The notes: generated by a model not told the origin, from the letters alone. A stretch of 64,000 nt of DNA from an uncultured bacterium (GCA_964387845.1 CAYLXA010000003.1:160001-224000); one strand, 5' to 3'. Positions 19,673-29,896 are shown, counted from the first letter of the stretch. Program-made: numbers and translations.

Positions 19673-21164
19673 CGAATAAGAAAATAAAATTGAGAGAAGC
19701 CAATATGCCGAGCAAGAAAGCGGTTTTGACAGACGGCTCCCAAGAGTTAATAAGTGTCGGCGATTCTATTTTTCGGATATGGACAAGTTCGTCTTCCGCT
19801 TTAAGCACGGGGTTGAATTTTTTCATCCATTCTTGCGAATTTGGCAATGCAAATGCGATCAGCAACATTCCGACTGTCAGTAAAATCTGATACACGAATC
19901 GAATCGAAATGGCATCAAACACAAAACCATTCCATCCAAACATGCTTTTGTAAAATAGCAAACTAGCTTGCAAAGATTCAGCTCTGAATAAAACCCACGA
20001 AATGAGCACGACAAAAAAAGTGAGCGCGGTTGATCCCATATTTTTTAAAAATGCGTACCGATTTATAATTTCCATTTTATTTCCGAGGGTTTTCGCCCAA
20101 AGGTGGTTGAGTCCTATGAATAACCCATGCAGCACTCCCCACAATATGAAAGTCCAATGAGCGCCGTGCCACAGCCCGCCCAGCAGCATGGTCACCATAA
20201 TATTCATGCATTGGCGTACCACCCCCTTGCGGTTTCCGCCTAAAGGAATGTAGAGGTATTGCCAAAGAAATCTGGAAAGCGTCATGTGCCAGCGTCTCCA
20301 AAATTCTACAATCGACGATGCTTTATAGGGCGAGTTAAAGTTCATGGGTAGGACAATCCCAAACATCCTTGCCAATCCTATTGCCATATCCGAATAGCCA
20401 GAGAAATCGAAATAAATCTGCAATGCATAAGCAATTACCGCTCCCCAGGCTCCCGAAAAGCTTGGCGAAGTTCCTGCGGCCGCAGCTTCAAAAACCGGCG
20501 TTGAAAAAGTGGATATTGTGTCTGCCAGCAGTACCTTTTTGCTGAGTCCGAGAACAAATAATGTAATTCCAACAGAAAAATTTTCATGCAGCCGGGTTGT
20601 TTTTTCAGGGCGGTTGTTTTGCAAAAATTGCGGCATCATTTCGTGATGATGGACGATGGGGCCGGCAATGAGTTGGGGGAAAAAAGTAACAAATAAACAA
20701 TAGGTAATGAAATCGTAATCTTGCGCCTTTTTTTTATAAACATCCACCAAGTAAGTAATTTGTTGAAATGTGAAGAAAGAAATCGCGAGCGGAAGAATGA
20801 TTTTGTGAATACTAAAAGATTGGCCAAATAACCAGTTTATATTCTCAATTAAAAATCCGGCGTATTTATAATAAGCTAACAGCAAAAGATTAAAACCAAT
20901 TCCAAGAATTGTTATAAGCTTTGCAGGACCCTTCTTATTTTTCTTGATTAATTTTCCTATGAAAACACCGGTGAGGTAGTTGAAGCCAATCGATATAAGA
21001 ATTAAAAGCAAATAGCTAAAATTCCACCAGCCATAAAAAAACAAAGAAGCGGTAGCGAGCCAGGCGATCGAGATTTTTTGCCCGGAAGTTTCTTTCAATA
21101 TGTAATAAACGGATGCTGTTATGGGCAGGAAGGCGAAAATAAATTCGAAAGAATTAAATAGCAT
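19635..21164 (-). CDS. MBOAT-family membrane O-acyltransferase (AlgI/DltB/PatA-like)
   Basis: 509 aa polytopic protein. MBOAT histidine region …FWRRWHMTLSRFLWQYLYIPLGGNR… and N-terminus MLFNSFEFIFAFLP. Confidence 0.85.
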   Translation of the reverse strand: MLFNSFEFIFAFLPITASVYYILKETSGQKISIAWLATASLFFYGWWNFSYLLLILISIGFNYLTGVFIGKLIKKNKKGPAKLITILGIGFNLLLLAYYKYAGFLIENINWLFGQSFSIHKIILPLAISFFTFQQITYLVDVYKKKAQDYDFITYCLFVTFFPQLIAGPIVHHHEMMPQFLQNNRPEKTTRLHENFSVGITLFVLGLSKKVLLADTISTFSTPVFEAAAAGTSPSFSGAWGAVIAYALQIYFDFSGYSDMAIGLARMFGIVLPMNFNSPYKASSIVEFWRRWHMTLSRFLWQYLYIPLGGNRKGVVRQCMNIMVTMLLGGLWHGAHWTFILWGVLHGLFIGLNHLWAKTLGNKMEIINRYAFLKNMGSTALTFFVVLISWVLFRAESLQASLLFYKSMFGWNGFVFDAISIRFVYQILLTVGMLLIAFALPNSQEWMKKFNPVLKAEDELVHIRKIESPTLINSWEPSVKTAFLLGILASLNFIFLFVESNSEFLYFQF

Positions 21165-21327
21165 GGCTGCTATTTTAGCTAGAAACAGCTTACTATCAAC
21201 AAAACTTTTATCATGATGCAGAGTGCGTACATGATCAAAATTGGATCAAAGGATTGGATGTGGTTAAACTTGCGGTTTAATTTTTTGACTTTTGATATAA
21301 TGACACCGTGCTTTACGAGATGAACTT

Positions 21328-21789
21328 ATGAATTTTGGAGAAATCGTTCAGGAAATTCAATACGTGCTGGCACCCGCAATTATGGTGTCGAGTGCGGCGC
21401 TTCTATTACTTGGATTTCAGAACAAATTTGCTACCCTGGCCAGCCGGTTTCGTGCGCTCAATCAGGAGCGGCGGGCACTTGCTGTCAAAAATTTCCGCAC
21501 TAAGGAAGAGAACGAGCGTTTCGATAATTTAGTGACACAAGTGAATCATTTGCATGAGCGCGCAACCTGCGTCAAGAATGCGATTCTCCTGACGTATTTA
21601 TCAATTGTTTGCTTTGTTTTAACATCCGTTTTGCTTTTTGTAAGCATTCACGCCAATCTTCAATTCTTTCAATTTATTATTACCCTTTTTCTTGTCGGCC
21701 TTGTTTTAATCTTGGCAACTTCACTGATCATGATAAAAGAAATTTCGATCGCATTTAAAGTTGTAACACTCGAGAAAAAATCTGCCTGA
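21328..21789 (+). CDS. DUF2721-like membrane protein
   Basis: 153 aa, with an N-terminal TM, an amphipathic middle region and a C-terminal TM pair. Confidence 0.4.
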   Translation: MNFGEIVQEIQYVLAPAIMVSSAALLLLGFQNKFATLASRFRALNQERRALAVKNFRTKEENERFDNLVTQVNHLHERATCVKNAILLTYLSIVCFVLTSVLLFVSIHANLQFFQFIITLFLVGLVLILATSLIMIKEISIAFKVVTLEKKSA

Positions 21790-21805
21790 TGAAGGGCTCT
21801 GAAAT

Positions 21806-22348
21806 ATGAGCGATGAAGATTCAAATTTAGCCGCTTTGAGGCACGCCCGCGAAGCTTTTTTAAAGCAAATCGAGCAGGAAAAAGATCCCGTCAAGAAAGA
21901 AAAACTCAAAGAATTTATCCCTTACATGGAAAGAACTTTTTCGCTGCATGAGATCGACTGGTTTCGGGTTAAAGCGATTGAGACAGCGAATGCGGCACGT
22001 GCTTTTGCAGATTCCGAGGAATCTGAGAAGGAATTTCAAGTTTCAAACCGGGTTTTCTGGCTCAGGGCGCTTGCTTTGCTGTGGACTTTATTTTTAATCA
22101 TGAGCCCGATCGTTATTTGGACCGGTATGCAGAATGTATATGTTTACCAAACTAACGAAGGCTCTGAGATTATCAGCGAAACTTTCGAGGGTGATCACAT
22201 CATTATCGGAGAAAACAAAATTCCGATGGAATTCAACCGGCGTGAATGGACGCTTCTGAAGGATCCCGTTGCAAGAGTTGCAGGCGTGATTCTTGCTTTT
22301 TTCGGTTTGGTTGCGCTGACTTTGGGTAAAACAGAATTATTGAAATGA
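21806..22348 (+). CDS. Hypothetical membrane protein
   Basis: 180 aa: charged N-terminal half, then two TM helices. RBS-like gaaatatg. Confidence 0.4.
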   Translation: MSDEDSNLAALRHAREAFLKQIEQEKDPVKKEKLKEFIPYMERTFSLHEIDWFRVKAIETANAARAFADSEESEKEFQVSNRVFWLRALALLWTLFLIMSPIVIWTGMQNVYVYQTNEGSEIISETFEGDHIIIGENKIPMEFNRREWTLLKDPVARVAGVILAFFGLVALTLGKTELLK

Positions 22349-22349
22349 T

Positions 22350-22781
22350 CTAACGTCTTGCGGCTTCCCGGAGCGCAGTATTGATTTTCTCGACCAGGCT
22401 GTGAAGTTCGTCGTCTTTGCGGATCCGGATTTGATGCGTAAAGTCGCCTGTTTTGATGATTTCTGTCAGGGATTTTTCAATCCGGTAAATGGGCCCTGCA
22501 AGGCGATGTGTCAGGCGGATGGCGGAATAAGTCATTGCGGCGAATAAAATCGGAATGCCAACCGCTAGAATCCAATTAACACGCTCAAGCGCCGGGAAAA
22601 GCGTTTCCGCAATCAGTTCCGGAATCGCGACTTCGCGCGCGACTGCCTGCCAAATCAAATAATAAAGGCAAACCAAGACAAAAATTGCAGGCACGCCCAT
22701 TGCGGTCAAAATAAACCTTAAATACTTTTGCTGCAGCGGGTGATCAGCGAATGCGTTTTTTCGGCGGTTTGCGTGTTTCAT
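22350..22781 (-). CDS. Small membrane protein with C-terminal HAMP domain
   Basis: Two TM helices followed by a HAMP-like segment (…RLAGPIYRIEKSLTEIIKTGDFTHQIRIRKDDELHSLVEKIN…). Confidence 0.5.
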   Translation of the reverse strand: MKHANRRKNAFADHPLQQKYLRFILTAMGVPAIFVLVCLYYLIWQAVAREVAIPELIAETLFPALERVNWILAVGIPILFAAMTYSAIRLTHRLAGPIYRIEKSLTEIIKTGDFTHQIRIRKDDELHSLVEKINTALREAARR

Positions 22782-22785
22782 AGGC

Positions 22786-23496
22786 CTAAATTTTCCCGAT
22801 TAGAATATCGTCAAAAAAGCCTTCCGCTTCACTTTTGGTTCCTTCGGCGTCTGTCATCAAAGCAATTGCGACAACCTTCATTTTTGGTTTTTCACCGAAC
22901 AACTTTTGATAATCTTCGTAAACATTTCGGTGCTCACTCGCCCATTCGCTATTTTTTAGACGGCCCGACCGTAAAACCAACTGCCTAATTTTATCCGAGT
23001 AAGGGCTTTTGATAATTGTATTTTCCGGAATTGACTCGTCCCATACGTATTCAACGCACTTAAAGTTTGTAAAAAACCCTTGAGAAAAAATCACATAGAC
23101 CCGAGCCGCGAAATCATCACGCTTTTTTGGATCGGCCTCAGTTTTTTTATCGGGAAATTTGCCGACGCGCCATTTCCATAATAAATGCGGATATTCGGAA
23201 ATATCGAATTTGATTTTAAAGAAAATCGCAGATGCCGATTTCATGCTTTCCGAACGGACAAAACCACCGGGTTCTTCTAATTCAATCCAATATTTAACGC
23301 GGCCGTGGAATACTTTCTCCTCCCATTCTTTAAGCGCGCCGGGATGGTTAAAGTCAAAAACGTGGAACATATTTTGAATGGTGGGTGTTAAAGAAATGGG
23401 CGGTTTAAAGGGTACCGGCGTTAGAAATAGAGCAGCCGACAAAACCAGTATAATGAGTACACCAAGCCAGAAAAAATGCGAATCTTTATTTTTCAC
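22786..23496 (-). CDS. DUF3047 family protein (N-terminally anchored)
   Basis: 236 aa with one N-terminal TM and features typical of DUF3047 (…[12 protein letters not shown]…ARVYVIF…). Confidence 0.45.
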   Translation of the reverse strand: MKNKDSHFFWLGVLIILVLSAALFLTPVPFKPPISLTPTIQNMFHVFDFNHPGALKEWEEKVFHGRVKYWIELEEPGGFVRSESMKSASAIFFKIKFDISEYPHLLWKWRVGKFPDKKTEADPKKRDDFAARVYVIFSQGFFTNFKCVEYVWDESIPENTIIKSPYSDKIRQLVLRSGRLKNSEWASEHRNVYEDYQKLFGEKPKMKVVAIALMTDAEGTKSEAEGFFDDILIGKI

Positions 23497-23531
23497 CTTT
23501 TAGTTATCGGCTATTGGGCTACAATATATCT

Positions 23532-24089
23532 ATGAATTATTTGACCGCTTTTATCCTTACGATTTCTTTATTGGCCGTATTTCATGAAAGGAGCTTTGCG
23601 ATGGTTGGAAAACCCGAATCAAGAAAACCTCAGAAAGGCGAGCAGTGCAGCCTGCCGACGAATGATGCGGAATTGCGGAAAATATTAACACCCGAGCAAT
23701 ATAAAGTTGTGCGTGAAAACGGAACCGAAATGCCGTTTATGAATGCTTATTGGAACAACAAAAAGCCCGGCATTTATGTGGATATTGTTTCAGGTGAAGC
23801 GCTTTTCAGCTCAACCGAAAAATTTGATTCCGGGACCGGTTGGCCGAGCTTTACGGCACCGATAAAGATAGAGAACGTTGTTGAAAAATCGGATGAAAGC
23901 CACGGCATGGCCCGCACGGAAGTCCGTTCTAAAGAGGGCGACTCTCATTTGGGCCACGTGTTTCCGGACGGCCCAGGCCCCACTGGCATGCGTTACTGCA
24001 TTAATTCCGCGGCGCTCCGTTTTATTCCGGCGGAAGATCTTGAAAAAGAAGGTTATGGAAAGTACCGCTATTTGTTCGAGAAGAAATAA
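23532..24089 (+). CDS. msrB: Peptide-methionine (R)-S-oxide reductase MsrB, with signal peptide
   Basis: SelR motifs [17 protein letters not shown] and RYCINSAAL. Start set at the ATG (MNYLTAFIL…); a TTG lies in frame at 23514. Confidence 0.85.
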   Translation: MNYLTAFILTISLLAVFHERSFAMVGKPESRKPQKGEQCSLPTNDAELRKILTPEQYKVVRENGTEMPFMNAYWNNKKPGIYVDIVSGEALFSSTEKFDSGTGWPSFTAPIKIENVVEKSDESHGMARTEVRSKEGDSHLGHVFPDGPGPTGMRYCINSAALRFIPAEDLEKEGYGKYRYLFEKK

Positions 24090-25451
24090 TCAGCGCACGT
24101 ATCGGCGCATGTAACGAAAAGCAGGTGCAAGCCGGCCGTGTTCCATGATAACGCCGCGCCGGATTTCGGCCGGAATCGCCGCGTGTTCCGTGAGGTCGAG
24201 TGCGCCATGTGAAGCGATTTGATAAACGTAATCTCGAATTTGCGCGCTGAACTCGCGCGATGAGTCCTCCGGAAATTCGCACGGCAATTGATCGACCGCA
24301 AGAACCGCGATTCCGCTTCCCGAAATTCCATCCCTGATTTTTCCTGTTTTTGGATCATAAATAAAAGTGGGATTTCCGGGGTCCGTTGTTTTTTTCGTGA
24401 TTTCGATTGTGCCGCCGATATCACAGGTCAAATCGCCGATTAAACCCAGCCGGAACGGCTTTGCTTTCCGGTAGAGTTTTTTAACCATCGATTCCGGAAC
24501 AAGGCGCGGGTAGCGTTTATCCCAATAGCTTGCATTGATCAATAAATTGAGAAGCGGAAGATAATAATCCAGGTTTGATTCATATTGTTTCGGATTTTCC
24601 AAATAGTCTTCAAAATAAAATCCACCCTTTTTCTTTGGCCGGAGCTTTTCTTCGCGCTGAAACATGATCTTGTAAACCTCATTCGTCCGGTGTTTTTGGT
24701 GGCGGATGAACCGCGCCATATCGTTCGGATGAATTTCAATGGGGTCAAAAATATCGATCACTTCCTCGGCGCCATGCGCGACGTTGCCGTGTCCCGTAAT
24801 TCCGACAATGAAAGGTGAAAGCCGGCGGTCAAAGCCGGTGCGCCTGATTTCACGCGCAATTTGGCGTAAGTGCCGTTTGGCGGTTGCGTAATTTCCGTAA
24901 TCAATTGAACGCCGCACAAATTCAAACGGCGTTTTCAGGTTCTGCAGCCGGCGTCGGATCCCCAAATAGTGGAGTGAATCAATCATGCCGCAAATTCCAG
25001 CGAAGCGCCCAAAATAGACAAGCCGGTTTTTGGCGGCATCGATGATGTGCTCATAGTCCACCAAGGTAATTTTTTTGCGCATAAGCGTTTTTAATAAAAG
25101 CCGGTTGTGTTCCTGGCCTTTTGTCGTGTGCGAAAAGAAAGCGTACATTTTTCCGGAAAGCAGCTCATGCGGATCGGGTTCTTTGACGCCTAGCAAGAAC
25201 TTTGCTTTTTGGAAGTGTGTGACGATTTTCGCGCCTGCGCGCCGGTAGGCGGAATCTTTAAAAATCCGGTTGGAACTTGAAAGGACCTCAACATGAATTT
25301 TGCGGTCGACCAGCCAGCCCACATCTTCAGGTGTGAGCGCCGCCCGCTTTTCCCAGATGTTTTTGGCTTCCGAAAGCAACCCTACGACAAGCGGTTTTCT
25401 CATGAAAAATATGATATCACACGGCGCATCCTGTTTTACAGGCGCTTTCAT
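24090..25451 (-). CDS. AlaDH/PNT-domain protein, lysine-ketoglutarate reductase / saccharopine dehydrogenase-like
   Basis: 453 aa. N-terminal AlaDh_PNT-like region, and a LTCDIGGTIEI motif resembling the DxxCDxGG of LKR/SDH-type enzymes. Confidence 0.4.
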   Translation of the reverse strand: MKAPVKQDAPCDIIFFMRKPLVVGLLSEAKNIWEKRAALTPEDVGWLVDRKIHVEVLSSSNRIFKDSAYRRAGAKIVTHFQKAKFLLGVKEPDPHELLSGKMYAFFSHTTKGQEHNRLLLKTLMRKKITLVDYEHIIDAAKNRLVYFGRFAGICGMIDSLHYLGIRRRLQNLKTPFEFVRRSIDYGNYATAKRHLRQIAREIRRTGFDRRLSPFIVGITGHGNVAHGAEEVIDIFDPIEIHPNDMARFIRHQKHRTNEVYKIMFQREEKLRPKKKGGFYFEDYLENPKQYESNLDYYLPLLNLLINASYWDKRYPRLVPESMVKKLYRKAKPFRLGLIGDLTCDIGGTIEITKKTTDPGNPTFIYDPKTGKIRDGISGSGIAVLAVDQLPCEFPEDSSREFSAQIRDYVYQIASHGALDLTEHAAIPAEIRRGVIMEHGRLAPAFRYMRRYVR

Positions 25452-25582
25452 TTAGTTTTTCGGTCTTTCTTGAGTGATTTAGAAAGTCTTTTCTCGGATA
25501 GTGGCCGCCTGGTATCAAACTATTTTTTCGGTTAGGCTTTCTTTAGTATTTTATCAACCTATTAACAAGGAGGTGAGCCAGA

Positions 25583-25960
25583 TTGGCTAAGCGAAGAATT
25601 TTAATTATTGATGACAATCTTGATGTTATTGAGTCAGTCAAAACGACCCTGGAAGAAACCGGAAATTACGAAGTCCGGGGCGAAACCAGGGCTTCAAACG
25701 GTTTGAACACCGCGCGTCTTTACCATCCCGATTTGATTCTTCTCGACATCATCATGCCTGAAATTGCGGGCAATGAAGTAGCGAGGCGGATCAAAGATGA
25801 TCCCGAAACAAAAAACATCCCGCTTGCTTATTTCAGCGTGATTGTTTCGGAGGATGAAATCCGCTCGCGCAACGGAATCATCGGCGGGAATAGGTTCATT
25901 CCGAAAGCTTCGAACTTGCAAGAGCTTGTTCACTCAATAGAAGAAAGCATCGGAAAATAA
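25583..25960 (+). CDS. Stand-alone response-regulator receiver domain protein (CheY-like)
   Basis: ILIIDDN…DLILLDIIMP…K; TTG start 7 nt after AAGGAGGTGA. Confidence 0.8.
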   Translation: MAKRRILIIDDNLDVIESVKTTLEETGNYEVRGETRASNGLNTARLYHPDLILLDIIMPEIAGNEVARRIKDDPETKNIPLAYFSVIVSEDEIRSRNGIIGGNRFIPKASNLQELVHSIEESIGK

Positions 25961-26287
25961 TCCTTTCTTTGGTCATTGCGAGCCGCTGTCACAAAGCCAG
26001 ATTCTTTCCGCCAGTTCAACTCGCTGGTACATTTCTGTCGAAGCTCAATTTATTTCTCGGAGCGCCATTACGGAAAAAATTTGAATGGCTCAAATTTTTG
26101 ACGTAGGCTGAGTACGGCGATTTTAGTTTAGGCAACTGGCCTTAAAATCGCCGCACGGAGGAAAGCGAAGAGAAACAAGTTGAGCTGAGATTGCTTTATC
26201 ATAGATTAAAGTGATTCGTAATGACAATGTACAAAAGAAGCTGACGGGGAAAGAAATTTTGGCTATGCTAATCAAGAGGCAGCCAAA

Positions 26288-27457
26288 ATGAAACAGTGTA
26301 TTCTCAAAAAGGGCAAAGAAAAAGCTCTCCAGAACCGCCATCCTTGGATTTTCTCGGGTGCCATAGACGAAATTGATAATACGCTTACGCCCGGCGATCT
26401 CATTGAAGTTCTCTCATCAAAAAAAGAGTATTTGGCAACCGGTTATTTTAACCCCCATTCGCAGATCTCAGTCCGCGTTCTTAGTTTTTCAAACCAAAAA
26501 ATCGGTCAAGAATTTTTTGAAAAGCGGATCAAAGACGCTATTTATTTAAGGTCGAATTATTTCAAAGAAAATACAAACGCTTACCGCCTTATCCATTCAG
26601 AGGGCGATTTTTTACCAGGTCTGATTGTTGACCGGTATGGCGATTTTTTGGCCGTGCAATTTTTAACGGCCGGAATGGACCGGTTCCGTGACGTCATTGC
26701 AGGAATTTTATCCGAAGAACTAAGGCCGAAAGGAATTTTTGAACGGGCAGATGCCAAAGAGCGCGAACTCGAAAAGCTTGGTTCAAAAAATGGAGTCATT
26801 TTTGGCGAAGCGCCGCCCGAGAAGATTGAAATTTTGGAAAATGGTTTACGGTTTCTCGTGAACTTGCGCGAAGGCCAAAAAGGCGGATTTTTCTTAGACC
26901 AACGCGAAAACCGGAAACTGATTGAATCCGTCAGCTCCGGCAGGAAAGTCCTCAATTGTTTTTCTTACTCAGGCGCATTTTCGGTTTATGGAGCACGGGG
27001 TGGCGCGCTGGAAATTGTTTCGGTCGATAGTTCGCAGCCGGCGCTTGAATTGGCGGATGAAAATTTTAAATTAAATCAACTCAATGTTTCGCACAAAACC
27101 GTTAAAAAAGACGTTTTCGAATTCTTGCGGGAAGATAAATCCGAATTCGATCTCATCATTCTCGATCCGCCGGCATTTTGTAAAAATAAGCAGCAAATAG
27201 ATCAAGCAGCGCGCGGCTACAAAGATATCAACCTTCAGGCGATCAAAAAGCTATCGGCGCGCGGCTTGTTGTTTACCGCATCCTGCTCCTCATTTATTTC
27301 ACCCGACTTGTTTCAAAAAATCATTTTTGGCGCGGCGAAAGATGCTTCGCGCGATCTGCGGATCATTCAAAAAACTTCTCACGCGCTGGATCATCCGATT
27401 AATATTTATCATCCGGAAGGCGAATATTTAAAAGGGTTGCTTTGCCAAGTTCTTTAG
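26288..27457 (+). CDS. rlmI: 23S rRNA m5C methyltransferase RlmI-like (PUA plus class I SAM MTase)
   Basis: N-terminal PUA-like region (…NRHPWIFSGAIDEI…), C-terminal SAM MTase (…VLNCFSYSGAFSV…DLIILDPPAF…). Confidence 0.75.
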   Translation: MKQCILKKGKEKALQNRHPWIFSGAIDEIDNTLTPGDLIEVLSSKKEYLATGYFNPHSQISVRVLSFSNQKIGQEFFEKRIKDAIYLRSNYFKENTNAYRLIHSEGDFLPGLIVDRYGDFLAVQFLTAGMDRFRDVIAGILSEELRPKGIFERADAKERELEKLGSKNGVIFGEAPPEKIEILENGLRFLVNLREGQKGGFFLDQRENRKLIESVSSGRKVLNCFSYSGAFSVYGARGGALEIVSVDSSQPALELADENFKLNQLNVSHKTVKKDVFEFLREDKSEFDLIILDPPAFCKNKQQIDQAARGYKDINLQAIKKLSARGLLFTASCSSFISPDLFQKIIFGAAKDASRDLRIIQKTSHALDHPINIYHPEGEYLKGLLCQVL

Positions 27458-27463
27458 GATAAC

Positions 27464-27670
27464 TTGAAGACTATGTCGCTATTTTATTTCCACGCATTCT
27501 TGATTGCTTCTGCGTCTATTTTCGGATTTTATTTTTCATGGTGGGAATTTTCTGCCTATTCAAAATCAGCGGAGGTTTTAAATTTGGCCGCTGCAGTCAG
27601 TTCTTTGGCGGCTTCTATCGCGCTTCTGGTTTATTTGGTTTGGTTTGTCAGGAAGAAATTACTGAAGTAG
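27464..27670 (+). CDS. Small 2-TM membrane protein (hypothetical)
   Basis: 68 aa with two hydrophobic helices. Confidence 0.3.
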   Translation: MKTMSLFYFHAFLIASASIFGFYFSWWEFSAYSKSAEVLNLAAAVSSLAASIALLVYLVWFVRKKLLK

Positions 27671-27671
27671 T

Positions 27672-29036
27672 TTATTGCCAGGTCAAATAGATTTTTTCTT
27701 CACGTTCTTTCCACCACCTGTATAAATCCCGCGGCAGTGGAATCCATGCCGAGCTGTCTTTTGTCAATTCATCCAATAGAAATTTGTAATTCGTAATCCA
27801 TTTCTCTCGTCCGCTCAATTGAGGCTCCGGATGTGTCAAAATATTCGCCGCGCCGCCGCGCTTTTTTATTTTTCCGATCATTTCAAGCTGAAATTTAAGA
27901 ACGCGTTCGGGTGAAAAACCGCGCATCTCAAGAACAAAATCTTCCGCTACGTTCGTTGGAAATTCAAGCAGATTGGTTTTTTCGATTCTGTACGGAAAAC
28001 AAGTGCTGCAGCCTTCGGATGCCGGAACGGGGCTGTTGACATTTTCAAACGTATCATGCACGCTCAGATCATAATGAACAAATGCATTCAAAGCCCGAAA
28101 AAGCGCCGGTGTATGATGGTAGCTCGGGCTTCTGAATCCGGTACAGTTAAAATCCCGCAAAAAGGAGGAGGCTTCCATTAAACGTTCGCGTATTTTGTTT
28201 TCCGGCAAATAAGTAGTCTGATGATCGTGCCGGATGCCGTGACATCCGATTTCGTGGCCCGCATCAAATAATTTTTGGATCGCGCTGTGTTCTGTGCCGG
28301 CTATTTTCGCGACAATCAGCCAAAGCGAGCGCAGATTTTTAGCTTCTTCGATTTTCCGAAAGGCCTCGATTCCGTTTTCGTGCCGGAATCCCCAGGCGGT
28401 ATCCACATCATGGTTCAGAAAAGCCACGAAGCATTTTCCGTCGGGCCACAACGGAACCCCCGGAAATTTTTGATTGCCTGCGTTGTCAATCAATGCTTTT
28501 ACCAAAAACCGCCAAACATCAACCGAAAAATCTTTAAAAGGTTTCGGATAGACCGGCCGGGATTTGTTGCTGAGCAGTGTCCGCGATAAATTAAAAGAAA
28601 GCATTGCCGTTTTCCGGACGAATCCGGGAAGCCCGTCGGGGTCGATTCCCAACCTTACATAAATGGGCGGCTTGCGGTTGACGTATTTTTCCTGCTGGAT
28701 GAATTCAATCGTTTGATCCGGATCGAAATAAAAATGAAATTTTCCGGCGTTATCGATTGTCACCAAAGGAAAAGTTTCGCCCGATTCTTGTTCGAGGTGC
28801 GCAATTGTTTTTCCGGTTGGCGTAATCTCCGAAGCGATTTGAAGGTGGGAAAATAGGCCGTCTTGGATTTCTTCTCTGAAGTTGTCCAAAAGTTGTGCGG
28901 CTTCACCTGAAAATATGATTCGGCCGAACCGGGTTTGAAGCGCCGAAGACAAATGGAGTTCAATCGGTTTTCCGGGGCCTACCAATATTTCGAAAACACT
29001 TTTCGGAAATCCCCAGAATCGGAAGATATTTTTCAT
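27672..29036 (-). CDS. Polysaccharide deacetylase-like (NodB-homology) protein
   Basis: …FLNHDVDT… and GHEIGCHGIRHD histidine motifs of the carbohydrate esterase 4 fold; 454 aa. Confidence 0.5.
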   Translation of the reverse strand: MKNIFRFWGFPKSVFEILVGPGKPIELHLSSALQTRFGRIIFSGEAAQLLDNFREEIQDGLFSHLQIASEITPTGKTIAHLEQESGETFPLVTIDNAGKFHFYFDPDQTIEFIQQEKYVNRKPPIYVRLGIDPDGLPGFVRKTAMLSFNLSRTLLSNKSRPVYPKPFKDFSVDVWRFLVKALIDNAGNQKFPGVPLWPDGKCFVAFLNHDVDTAWGFRHENGIEAFRKIEEAKNLRSLWLIVAKIAGTEHSAIQKLFDAGHEIGCHGIRHDHQTTYLPENKIRERLMEASSFLRDFNCTGFRSPSYHHTPALFRALNAFVHYDLSVHDTFENVNSPVPASEGCSTCFPYRIEKTNLLEFPTNVAEDFVLEMRGFSPERVLKFQLEMIGKIKKRGGAANILTHPEPQLSGREKWITNYKFLLDELTKDSSAWIPLPRDLYRWWKEREEKIYLTWQ

Positions 29037-29039
29037 CGC

Positions 29040-29771
29040 TCAGACTGAAACGGCTGAGTATGCAATCCGCATGGCAAGCGGCCTTAGAAATGAAAAGGCA
29101 TTTAAAAATTTATCGAAGGGAATCAAAATTGAAACCGGCGCGGGGCCCAAGCCGTTTGGGATAAAAGCGAAAAATTCCAAGTGTTCGAAGCGAAAACCCG
29201 TTTTCTGGAAGAGCGACTCCAACGTGCGCTGGTTCGATTCTTTAATTTGAGGAAGCCATTCGCGCATTTCATTTTTATTCATCCACGACATCCATTGATA
29301 ATAAGGGCATGCGCCGTTCATATCGATCACCACAAGGCGGCCGCCCGGTTTCAGGATTTTTTTGTAATTTAAAAGCGCATTTTCCTTGTGCATGTAATAA
29401 CTGAAGGTATTGATGCCGGCCAGAACATCGAAAGCGCCTTTTGTATCGCGATCCTTGATAAATTCAGCGGGATTTTCACAATCGCCTTGATAAAAAGAAG
29501 TTTGAGGAGAACGCTTCTTCGCTTGCTTGATCATTTCGGCACTGATGTCCATGCCGACAACTTTTAATCCGTGCTCGCTGAGCCATTGGGTATAAACACC
29601 GGTTCCGCAGCCAAGCTCCAGAACGGTTCCGGATTTTGGAAGTACTTTTCGCAAAAACGGCTGGTAGTAAGTGTCAAAGTTATAGGATTGGCCGGCCAGA
29701 ATGACGCCGTGTTTGGTGTCGTAAACGTCCGCGAATTCGTCGTAGTATTTTTGAATTTGTTCGTGCGCCAT
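29040..29771 (-). CDS. Class I SAM-dependent methyltransferase
   Basis: Motif I VLELGCGTGVYTQWL; 243 aa. Confidence 0.75.
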   Translation of the reverse strand: MAHEQIQKYYDEFADVYDTKHGVILAGQSYNFDTYYQPFLRKVLPKSGTVLELGCGTGVYTQWLSEHGLKVVGMDISAEMIKQAKKRSPQTSFYQGDCENPAEFIKDRDTKGAFDVLAGINTFSYYMHKENALLNYKKILKPGGRLVVIDMNGACPYYQWMSWMNKNEMREWLPQIKESNQRTLESLFQKTGFRFEHLEFFAFIPNGLGPAPVSILIPFDKFLNAFSFLRPLAMRIAYSAVSV

Positions 29772-29896
29772 AAATTAGGAAAGAAATTGTAACACGTTAT
29801 CCAATTAACGGCATCTTAAAGTAAAGCGTGAGTTTCAGCTTCCATTTATAAAGGCGAGGCTATACAATTCACTTAATTTAAGGTGATTCGGGTTCA

